DNA of 64,000 nucleotides from Trichoplax sp. H2 (Eukaryota): NCBI GenBank assembly GCA_003344405.1, contig NOWV01000138.1, positions 124,001 to 188,000 of the forward strand, read 5' to 3'. Shown piece by piece: positions 52,701 to 64,000 of this stretch (position 1 is its first letter; each line of letters starts with the position of its first letter). The notes under the pieces were generated by a model. It saw only the letters and a program-made list of their open reading frames with translations, ran no database searches and was not told where the DNA came from. The position numbers and the translations under genes were made by a program.

Positions 52701-55399
52701 GATCATTGATATTAAGCAAAGATATTGATCAAAGGTTCATTATATTAATCCAAGATATATTTTACATTGTATGCGATTACTTTTTAGGCTGTCTGGCTGT
52801 AGTTTTTAGCTAACGAAAAGAGCAGAATGGAAGATTAGTCAGTCGAGATAGTTCATAATTAATAAATATTTACATAGTTAAGTAAGTGATCTATGCTTAC
52901 AATAATGAATGTAAGATATAACATAGTAAGCACTGTGGCATAAATACTATTCAAATATATTTGCAATGACTCTGTTATGTGAATGCTTGCCTAATTTTAA
53001 TAATGGATTAAAAATTGGACGTGATAATCTTGCAATACACCTATAAAATAATGGATTAAGTGTTTACTATAAAATGTCTTTTTAAATTGAGTCAAGATCC
53101 AGGACTTCTATAGTTGCTAATATTCATCGACATTAATTAAATGTGCCACAACGATTTTATTTATATATATAGTAAAGTTAATGTTAGGTCATCAGTGGTA
53201 TCTATAATACGAGATGAAGGTCGAAAGCTAGTACTTTGGTGAACGATTTGAATACTAGGTGCCTTATGCATGCTATTATTTTTAGGAGATAAAGTTTTTT
53301 TACTGTAAACTCTTGATGATCAAACCGCAATAGTAGGTTAACCGTTGCATTTCCTCGCTCGTGATACTTTGTGAAACTGGTTTATTGAGTATGATATTTC
53401 AGTTTATGCTGGGCAATCTATGCTACAATAATTTATTGCCTAGAGCATATAGCATGCAAATTCAGTTAGCAGGAGATCACATCGATTAATTGGAGGTGAT
53501 GCAAGTGCACCAAATGCCATTCTTAAATGCATATCGATAGTAGAGCGCTATGTTATAATCAGCATTCAATACATTAAGTAATGTGTTAGCAATCACTGAT
53601 TTGCAGAGATCGTCTTTGTAATAAAGTACTTATATCTGCCATGGAATGATCATATGCATTGAATCAGGGTAGTAAAATGCATTTAATGCTAGTTTCCAGT
53701 GTATACCTGCAGTCAGATTTACTCGTATGACAAGTCCACGATATGTAGGCTACGAATAATCTTTAAGTGCTGGTATAAAATTTTGTAGAAATGAAATACA
53801 CAGTAGAGTGCTTATCATCAAGAGATCGCAAGAATTAATTCAAAGTGATATAAATGCATGCCTATAATAAGGTTTTATGGTAAGTATTCGGTAAGTAACC
53901 CGTTAGGGGTCCCTAGTTTTACTTGTTCTAAAATCTTAGAGAGATCGACCATGTCACTAGGTGTTCATTTCTGCTATCAGGCAATCAATGGATTATAATT
54001 AACTTAAGTTGATATCAATCCTTCCATTCTAGTCTTGTTTTAGTCAAGTTTATGGCAAATGTTCGATAAGTGGTGAGCTAGTGCCTATTTGCTAATTACC
54101 ATATAGAATTTTATGGAAAAAGACCATATGTTACAGTTCAAAAAATATGATAACTTCTAATCATCGCTTATGACGTATCTTTTAACGATTGTATTTATAT
54201 ACTTGCTATAAACACTGAATAGTCCTACTATATTATATGCTGTACCGGTAAATTTTTTGTACGTAAATTAAAATATAGAGCTGCGTTTACTTGTATATAC
54301 TTTATATTCATGTTTATGACTAAAATAAAAGGATGATGACAGTACGAAATACCATGAGTACTTACAACTATTAAGAACCACTAGCATATCAAGATTTACG
54401 GGTAAAGTAGCGTTATCAATATACTTATTAGATATAGTTGAGCATGTAACCGAGTACATGAGTGTTGTAAAGGAGTAGATATGATGTTGAGATAGTAATT
54501 ATAGCAGACGTTAGCATATGCTATAAATTTGTTCATTATACTGATTTACGGAATGCAGTTGGAGCTAGATTCTACTTGTTAGCATAATAAACCGCGATGC
54601 TGTATGCCCTATACTTTCCTCCCTTTATTGCTTAGCTTGATACCTTCCTGATATACTAGCTAAAATTGCAATAGAAATTGTTTATAGGAACATCATTACT
54701 GCACTCATAATGTAGTAGCAGGTTGCTCAGTTTGTGTTCGTAAAGCAGTAGTTTCAGGCCACTGACTACTTGACTAGTAGAAGGTTTTAATGCTTATGTT
54801 ATTTAGTAAATTAATAAACCAGCACCATACAATTATCCTTCACTTATAACGGCAATGCGTTATTTGCATAATAATTGCGCTATCACGTTGGCATTGGACG
54901 GATTCTTTTATGCCAATTTAGCCAAGCTGCCAATCTGCTTGGGCAATTTCTACCTGCATGCAGCTCTATTGTGATTCATAAAGGCAGGATAAAATGGGAG
55001 GCTAAAATCGTCAGCGATGATCAAGGTCGTCAAGCATCTTTTTATTGAAGAGTTAACCTACTGGAGGCGGGGTATAAAAAAATCAATAAACAGAATCGTT
55101 GATTGAATTGGACAAATGATTGAAGTAAAAATTGAAGGCAATATCGCATTTTGGACTGTATAAAAGCAGGATAAAGTTATGGCAGAATTTAGATTGATAG
55201 CATTTAATGTTGATAGATCAGGCTGGTTTAACCAATAGAGTGATTCATGGATGTACATATCGATAAATTGTATAGCCTAATTATCAATAGCAATCTTTAT
55301 TTTAACGATGTAGTCAATGGGAGAGAGAAAGACTGTAGAGAATATCATTTTATTCTTAACTCGATCAGTTAAGTACTAATAGTGGTCGTCTGTAGTCTA

Positions 55400-56531
55400 G
55401 ATTGCAATTGATCGTCAGCTCTATTGATCAGTGATTCATCACTAACTTGATCCGTTAACAGCAGTAATCCTTGTGATAGTCTATGTTGCAAAGTAATTTA
55501 TTGTCAGCTCTATCCATCACTAACTTGATCCGTTCACTACAGTAATCCTTGTGGTAGTTTATGATCTATGTTGTAAAGTAATTGGTCGTCAGCTCTATCG
55601 ATCAATGATCCGTTAACTACAGCAACCCTTTTGGTAATTTATGGTTTATATTGCAAAGTAATTTGTCATTAAACTCTATCGATCAAAGATCCAGAACGAA
55701 CTTGATCTGTTCACTACAGTAATCCTTGCGGTAGTTTATGGTCTCTATTGCACAGTAATTTGTTGTCGACTGTATGGATCAATGATCCATAACGAACTAG
55801 ATCCTTTAACTACAGTAATCCTTGCGGTAGACTACGTTGTAAAGTAATTTGTTGTTAAACTCTGTCGATCAATGATCCATAACAAACTTAATCCGTTAAC
55901 TACAGTAATCCTTGCAGTAGTCTACGTTGTAAAGTAATTCGTCGTTAGCTTTATCAATCAACTACGAGTATTTATCATTCGATCCGCTAACTGCAGCAAT
56001 GCTTGCGGTAGTCTATGTCGCAAAGTAATTCGTCTTGAGCTTGATCGATCAGTAATCTCTAACTGGGTCGGTTAACTTAATGCTTGCTGTAGAGTCCATT
56101 TAACAAAGTAATTGATCATTAGCTTGATCGATCTACTTTCCACAAGTTGATCAGTTCACTATTACTTACAGTACTCTACATCGCAAAGTAATTGGTCGTG
56201 ATCTTGATCGATCAATTATCTCTAACTTGGTCGATTAACTTAATGCTTGCTGTAGAGTCTGTTTCGCAAAGTAATTAATCATTAACTTGATCGATTTGCT
56301 TTCCATAAGTTGATCAGTTCACTATTACTAGCAGTACTCTACATCGCAAAGTAATTGGTCGTGAGCTTGATCGATCAGTTATCTCTAACTTGGTCGATTA
56401 ACATAATGCTTGCTGCAGAGTCCATTTTGCAAAGTAATTGATCATTAACTTGATCGATTTGCTTTCCATAAGTTGATCAGTTCACTATTACTTACAGTAC
56501 TCGACATCGCAAAGTCATTCGTCGTGAGCTT
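55400..56531. repeat. Diverged minisatellite, about 80-97 bp x13-14; right part forms a ~163-bp dimer repeated three times
   Basis: The anchor aaagtaatt...gatcgatc recurs every 80-97 bp. From about 56040 two subunit types alternate. Confidence 0.88.
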
Positions 56532-58823
56532 TAGCGATGTGTATAAGTAGATTTAGGATTGGCGATAATTCTTAGTTATTAAAGTTAATAATACAAAGCG
56601 CATCTAATTTTTACATCAAATCGAATAGGAAGAGAGTTGGATTTCAGTTGAAAACCTGCGGATTGTGCATGTTATCACTGATGGTTTTTGTTTAAGGGAT
56701 TGGTTACCCAAGGCTGCTGTCATTTCTGAAGGCTTTAATCTATTTATCATAAAGTATAAAGATGATGTTTGCATAGTACTTTTACTATTTAAATAACTCT
56801 GTTTAACATGTATACTTTGTGATGGTAGCGAGTTAATAGAGCGGACAAGATTGGTCAATAACAATCCATCTTGATACCAATTTAGGACAATTGATGCTAA
56901 ATAGTCTCATCGAGGTTTCATTTGAAAGTTTCAAGTCTCCATTTGTGTATATTCGAGGTTACTGGTTGTATAAAATGATTTGTTGTGGTTATGCACGATC
57001 ATCATGGATCAATTCAAGCTTGATGGACTCGTCTTGATATTTAGTTGATTAATTTAGGGCAAGGAAAGGTTTCTGCATGAATGGACGTTAAGCTATCCTT
57101 CTTTAGCCAGGAATTACTCAAGAGAGAATTTCTATCTCACTGGCTAAAAGTGCCGGAGTGAGAGTATAAATTTTCTCTTGAGTAGTCCCTGCTTTTGCGG
57201 ATACAATCCCAAGTAAAACATAAAACTGGATCGGTGGCATTAAGATTTATGGTCGGTAGGGTTTAGCTAAATGAAGAAGAGCTGATAACTCTGCGTGGAT
57301 CAATTGATCGATGCCATTCCTCGCTCCCAAATAGAGCTAGTTGCAAATGTGAAACGCTATTTTGTACTATTAGAAAGTTAGGACGAAGGAAGCACAGTCC
57401 GTATTGATTGATCAAAGCGATTTCTTCGTTAGCAGATCCAGGCCTTTCTGTAAATCACGGATTAATCCAATCGACTATACGTTTGAATGAATTGGAGAAC
57501 ATGAAGCTGAAGAGAGCAGAATATGTTTGGGATTGGTAAATTCTGTTCCGTTGATCTCACTAGCTAAAGGAAGCAGGATTGCTTTTGGTCGATCGAACGA
57601 ATATTGGGAGAGGGGAAAGTGCCATTTACCTATGGTGCTACTCCATTGCAAACTACCAATTTTGAATCAATTTGATCAAGTGTAACCAAAAGGAAGCACT
57701 GTCGGTGTTGAGTTATTGCAATTGGCCTCGGTGAAGAAGCCTGTGTCAAAACGTCAATTGATCCAATGCTTTGCAATCTCATGTTTATTAGTGTTGTTCA
57801 ATAGAGCTAAGGAAGTACCTCCCGTACAAATTAAGCAACACTATCGTTGGTCAACCACGTCAACTAAACGAGAACTGGATCCAATGTATTTCAAGGAATT
57901 TTGAATAAAATTGAAAGGGGAAATGAAAGATCGAAGTTAGTCCAACACAAATGCATCAGCTATCCTTCGTTCCAAGTTATAAGAGCGTCTACAGTCGGCT
58001 GTAGGATACCAGCAATTCATGGGATTGATGATGATTTAGTTGGAAGAAAAGTTGAAATTGCTTGAGACGATGCACAAGCCCATTCAACGACAACGGCCTA
58101 TCCTTCTTGTCCCAGGATGGAGAGCCCATGCATGCAGTCCACCACGATTAATTACACAGCATTTACTTTGCCTATTCTCTCTCCTCTAGATTCGATCACG
58201 CATTGTAATTGATTTATGGCTAAATCAATTGTCTACTTCTCACTTCCCTTATAAAAGCAAGGAAAGGAAAGGGAAGCCTGTTGTCCTACTGCTGCATTCA
58301 ATTCTTGTTCCAATAAAATCCCCAGTCAGGACAATTTATCCTACCCCATCAGTCTATTGATATTCATCGGCTGCAACCTTTGAGTGACTTTATTTCAAAT
58401 GTCATGAAGCAACAAGGCTTTACAATCAAGATTTTCCATCAAGGTTATTGTCCATTGGGACGTCTTGTGGGTTAATTCATAAATGCTTATGCTAGGGGTG
58501 GGCTAAACCTGGGCCGAACGATATTGACTTTGCACCTTCGCCATTTTGATTGGTAGAATAGCAATGCGTCGTTGAACAAATCATCACCTGTCACCGAGTC
58601 TGTCAATGGCTAATTGAATTAATTAAGAGACTTTGTTGATGAATGTGGACAACCTTGATCATGATGGCGTTTTATTGTTGTAGCAAATCAGGGGTGGTAT
58701 CCATTCTTGTTCCACCATTTGCTATAGATCTTGCACCATGTTGTAACGCTGTTGGTGTTATGATAGTAGTAACCAATGAGTGGCCATGATGCTATCTACA
58801 GCTCAAATAACGTGATGGATATT

Positions 58824-59589
58824 AAGATGGATCGAATATTGCGAATGTCGCAAAGAGGTTAGCATGATGAAGGAAAGCCATGTTGGTTTATAGTAGCAAC
58901 ATGGGGGGGAAAAAAAACTTTGAGAGGTTTCGTTATTCAATCTTTCAAGGTAAAATAGCCTGATGGAAGGGTGTCTAACGTAGAAAGTGAGAGAGTAAGG
59001 AGATTGATATTTATGTTAAGACGGATCGAATATGGCTAGTGTCGCCAAGAGGTTAGCATGATGAAGGAAGGCCATGTTGGTCTCTATCTTATAGCATCAA
59101 AATGGGGGGGGAAAACTTAAAACTTTAATTATTCAATCTTTCAAGCTAACATAGCCTAACGGAAGGGTGTCTAACGTAGAAAGTGAGAGAGTAAGGTGAT
59201 TGATATTTATGTTAAGACGGATCGAATATGGCTAGTGTCGCCAAGAGGTTAGCATGATGAAGGAAGGCCATGTTGGTCTCTATCTTATAGCATCAAAATG
59301 GGGGGAAAACTTTAATTATTCAATCTTTCAAGCTAACATAGCCTAACGGAAGGGTGTCTAACGTAGAAAGTGAGAGAGTAAGGTGATTGATATTTATGTT
59401 AAGACGGATCGAATATGGCTAGTGTCGCCAAGAGGTTAGCATGATGAAGGAAGGCCATGTTGGTCTCTAGAGCATCAACATGGAGGGAAAACAAACTTTG
59501 AAAGCTTTCATTTTTTAATCTTTCAAGCTTAACATGGCTTAACGGAAGGGTGTCTAACGTACAAAGTGAGAGAGAGAGAGAGAGAGAGA
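58824..59589. repeat. Tandem repeat, about 190 bp x4, ending in (GA)n
   Basis: aagacggatcgaatatggctagtgtcgccaagaggttagcatgatgaagg at about 58824, 59018, 59214 and 59401. Confidence 0.93.
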
Positions 59590-62500
59590 AAGTTGGCATG
59601 TGCATGATGGAAAATCATGTCGCAGCCGAAAGTTCATTAGTTGATTGACTACTGTAGTCAAAGGAGTTGGAACTGGAAAGGTTAAGCTAGGCCTATTTCA
59701 ACATGTCGGTAACCGTATGCACGGCAAGGCATGACGAAGCCATGGAATGGACAATTCCCTTCCAGTCGATCCACCCCATTTGTGCCCCTATTCTATTCTC
59801 CATTCTCCATAGTCAAGGCTAATATTGATCTGTTGATGACCAAAGTAGAATATGGACAATGCAGTCTCTTTCCATGATTGTCAGCAGAATCAACATGAAT
59901 TTGTTGTTCATCGTTGTCGGCCATTCTAGCCATTAGTAGCACATGACAACCCTCTGCTAGCCTTGTTTGAAAGGATTGAATTGTATACATTCATTGTGTA
60001 TATTCGTCGACGCCATACGATCTCAGTAGTTTACCTCGACCTCTGGACATCCTTTTCACCCCAATGGACATTATGCAAATCAGTTTTTTGTTTCTACAGT
60101 TAAATTAAATTTTCAAAAAATAACCAACAAAATAAAAGGTTATAATGGCTTGGCATACAGTAACAATGTTACTAACGTTGAGGACGCTAGTGTTTGGCGG
60201 TGGAGAGGACTGTTTCAAGTGGGAGCCAAGCGTAAAAGGTTTGGACTCTGATGTCAAGGGGTAGCGTGGAAGAGCAACGCTGCACCTGCTGAACTGAATT
60301 GATAATATCGCTCCACCTTGGGATTCCAAGGGGTTAATAAACGTCGGCTTTGACCAGTCATTTTCGCTTAACGATTCTTTATCGTCTTCCTGCGGTGGCA
60401 ATCTACTCCCGGTCCTGTCCAGTGGTAGACATCAATCGATCAGAATGGGTAGAGAAGTGGTAAATATACTTTGAATTACATTAAAGCATAGCATCATTTT
60501 GATTAGGATAGATGAAGGTAGAAAAGGAGCAATGTACAAGGGTGGATTTTTTTTTATGGACACCATCTTGGATTACCTTGTACTACTTTTGTCCCAAAGT
60601 CATGCGATGCTGGTGAGGCACGGCCAATGTTGTCTATTGGTTTGAATGGTTAGGCCTGCAAAAAAACGATATCAATCAATCAATCGTAGATACTTGCTCT
60701 CATCGTGTTGTGATCCTGTCTTAACACAGACTCAAACTTGTCTCCAGTAGCAATCGAGGTTCATCCATGATAGACGAGTGGTCATGGAAAAAAAACGGAC
60801 ATGATAGCTAGAATAGTAAAGGAGCAAAAAAAAAAAAAAACTTTTTTGGGTGGGCTGATGCTTGTGATGTTACAACGATCGCTATATAGTTCCTCTGTGC
60901 CAACCAATTTCACCTTTTTACTGCTGTATCCTACTGTTATTTCCATTTTCTTTTTCTTTTTCTAATCGTGCCATGCAGCTCATGCTTTGACGCTACTTTC
61001 TTGGATTTGAGTTCCGCCATCATCCAATCTAAACTTGTTGCATCGTTAGCGTCCATGTGAGAACGCGTTGTTGACCAAGTACTGTACAGTATCGTAGTGA
61101 TGAGCATGGAAAAGCAGGACTACTATTTTCACATCGACGATAAACGCCTTTCCAAGTAAAATGTTCTTGCCATGGATCAATTCAAACTCAATAAGAGCAT
61201 TACCGTTGACGATGGATGATGTCTTGTCGTCAATTTCCTAACAGAATCGTCGCTAAATGGATGGCCGCACATTCACTCGATAGGGGATTGAGTGGAAAGT
61301 GACTAATGCAATTTTCAGCGTAACCCGTTGAAACTTTTAGCTGGCAGTACATTGATTGGCCCTGATTCCATTGCAAGTATTACATTAATGCGTCCATGTC
61401 TATTTGTTCAACTAAAGTAATGCTATGTCATTAATAAACAGTGCTACAAAGTTAAGGGTATCCAACGATTCCTAAACTGTAATTGAAAGAAGAAGAACGG
61501 ATCGACGCTGATGCTAATATTCCATTTTGGATTGTCATCGTTGGCATTTCAAGAGTAATCGCATTCCACCGCTAAATGGTAACGCCGGCCATTGCAAAAT
61601 GAGTAAAAAGTAAAAAAGGGCAAACTGAGATTCTCCATCCTGGGATATTTTGTTGATATCAACAAGAGGATACTTTCCTTTTACAGTACTGTACTTACAT
61701 TTTTTCTTTTTGAGATTGGATGAAAATAGTATACAGTTGCCACAATCGAAGTTACTGTGTCACTTTTGGTAAGAGATGCTAGGGCTTTCTACTCTACTCG
61801 TAATTATTCTTGGAGTTATTTTAAGCTGGAGCGCCATGAGTTTTACATGGCGATAGCACTGGTAACCAATGTCATCAAGGCGCAAAAATGAACTTTTACC
61901 GATAGTAATTTCAGTCCAGTTTGTATCAACGTTGCCATGTATGGACAGAATCAAGATCAATTGATTCCTTCTACAACCGGTAGTCCATTTTTAATGAAGT
62001 GCTAATCTACCCGTTTATGTACATTGTCCATTCTCCAACTGGATTTGCCAACATGGAGCTGAAATGGCAAGTCGATCAGGGATGATGAGAAAAAAAAACA
62101 TCTCAGCTAATCTCCCGTCGTAAACCAACACCAGCCAATCCCTCTCTGCCCATGATTGAAAAGATGGATCTATCTTTTTTTTTTTCTCCCCCCTCCCTCC
62201 ACCTTCGTGGTTACTGCATAAGAGTACAAGATATTTTTTTCTCCATTTTTTCCAAGCATTCTGTTTTAGTTTACTCTCATGATTGATGAATTGATTGATT
62301 GATGATGCAACCTTGTCCAGTTTGTACTAATGCTTGATGATTTTGGGGTGTAAACCATTGGGTCAATTGGCTTTCTTCTTCCATGTGGGTCGCCCTTGGC
62401 TTAGAGTACAGCCATACGCTGTCCAATTTCATCGTAGCAATGATGAACCAAGTGGAAATTGGGGTGGATGAGCAAAGAAAATCATTTGCAAACATCCATC

Positions 62501-62858
62501 AGGCTTGCGATCGGAGGGCGCCATGAGCAAGAAAAGTTTTGCAGACGGCGTACGTGCAGGGCACCGCCTTCAACGCGCCCTGCTTGGAGGCGTTGATACT
62601 GTAAGCAGTGATGTATCCCATACAGTCGTAAACGATGGAGTAGAGTGACAGAAATGAGGCAATCGAAAGTGGTGCGTTCACCGCAAGCTCGATCGCAGCG
62701 GTGTACAGTATCGTGGACTAGCGTAGGATGGAGGTGGTCACTTATGCTGGACACCAGGAGGCTACTGTCCCATACATGACTACATCAGCCAGTCTGAGAC
62801 TGTACAACACGACAGAAAATGATCGCATCCTGTCGTGGAAAAACTTGCCCAAAGGACC

Positions 62859-64000
62859 AAAATGGCTACCCAAAAAAGGAATCAACAGTTCAAAATCATC
62901 ATGGCTGGTGCTGAATCAGCGTAGAATCGTTTGTAGACATTAGTTCAGACCTTGTTGGATAGTGAGTAAATGTTCAGGAGACTCTTTAACCCAACACAAC
63001 CTTCTATACTGTACTGTATAGGAGAGGAAAAGGTTGCGCCAAAGGCCGCTAGCGATTTAAAATGGCTACCAAAAAAAGGAATCGACAGTTCAAAATCATC
63101 ATGGCTGGTGCTGAATCAGGGCAGAATCGTTTGTAGACATTAGTTCAGACCTTGTTGGATAGTGAGTAAATGTTCAGGAGACTCTTTAACCCAACACAAC
63201 CTTCTATACTGTACTGTATAGGAGAGGAAAAGGTTGCGCCAAAGGCCGCTAGCGATTTAAAATGGCTACCAAAAAAAGGAATCGACAGTTCAGGATTATT
63301 ATGACTAATGCTGAACCAGTGTAGAATCGTTTGTAGACATTAGTTCAGACCTTGTTGGATAGTGAGTAAATGTTCAGGAGACTCTTCAACCCAACACAAC
63401 CTTCTATACTGTACTGTATAGGAGAGGAAAAGGTTGCGCCAGTTTCGCTAGTGATTAAAATGGCTACCAAAAAAGGAATGGACAGTTCGGAATTATTATG
63501 ACTAATGCTGAACCAGTGTAAAATCGATTGTAGACATTAGTTCAGACCTTGTTGGATAGCTGTAGTGAGCAAATGTTCAACAGACCCTTCAACCCAACAC
63601 AACCTTCTATACTGTACTGTATAGGAGAGGAAAAGGTTGCGCCAAAGGCCGCTAACGATTCAAAATGGCTTGCAAAAAAAAAATGGACAGTTCAGAATCA
63701 TCATGGCCAGTGCTGAACCAGGGTAGACATTAGTGTAATGCAATTGATCCGATATTAGTTCAGACCTTCTTGGATAGTGAGCAAATGTTCAGGAAATGTT
63801 CAGCAGACTCTTCAACCCGACACAACCTTCTATACTAGTACTGTACAGAGAGGAAAAGGTTCCGCTAAAGGCTGTTAGCGGATAGTGTAAATTAAATGAA
63901 AATAGCTTGAGAACAAGGAATTGACAGTTCAGAATTATCTTGACTGGTGCTTAACAATTGCTAGAATCAATTGTAGAGATTAGTTCACACTTTCTTGGAT
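62859..64000. repeat. Tandem repeat, about 199 bp x5-6, running off the window
   Basis: aaaatggctaccaaaaaaaggaatc...acattagttcagaccttgttggatag...ggaaaaggttgcgcc at about 62859, 63059, 63258, 63457 and 63662. Confidence 0.95.

Noticed and set aside
55400-56531. CRISPR-like periodicity of the aaagtaatt motif
   Set aside because: The intervening sequences are homologous to each other, no cas genes are present, and the context is eukaryotic.
62556-62592. H-type pseudoknot
   Set aside because: Loop 3 would be 0 nt across a 7-bp stem, so the two helices are better read as mutually exclusive.
58824-64000. Hammerhead ribozyme or C/D snoRNA in the 190-bp and 199-bp tandem units
   Set aside because: I found no CTGANGA/GAAA core with stems. 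ATGATGA is present in the 190-bp unit but has no consistent downstream CTGA.

Overview
AT-rich eukaryotic DNA from an animal-like genome: short GT-AG introns, a Pol III tRNA with an oligo-T terminator, and TTAGGG repeats. The style suggests a compact non-bilaterian genome such as a placozoan, but that is inference only. Contents in order: (1) a decayed ZU5-UPA exon (4.4-5.3 kb); (2) an intronless 423-aa orphan gene (12973-14244) that I cannot assign to any animal family, plus two truncated paralogs on the minus strand, one fused to an SDR pseudogene; (3) a cluster of six intronless RDH11-14-like short-chain dehydrogenase copies (3 intact, 3 broken), including a near-identical 3327-bp tandem duplication and several minisatellites; (4) a ~24-exon adenylate kinase 7 gene with an RFX X-box upstream; (5) tRNA-Ser(UGA); (6) a single-exon type II membrane GH13 protein with SLC3A1/rBAT-like architecture that keeps a full alpha-glucosidase catalytic set; (7) a repeat-rich right end. 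The best novelty candidates are the orphan family (possible horizontal acquisition followed by duplication) and the catalytically intact rBAT-like glucosidase. All alignments were done by eye.
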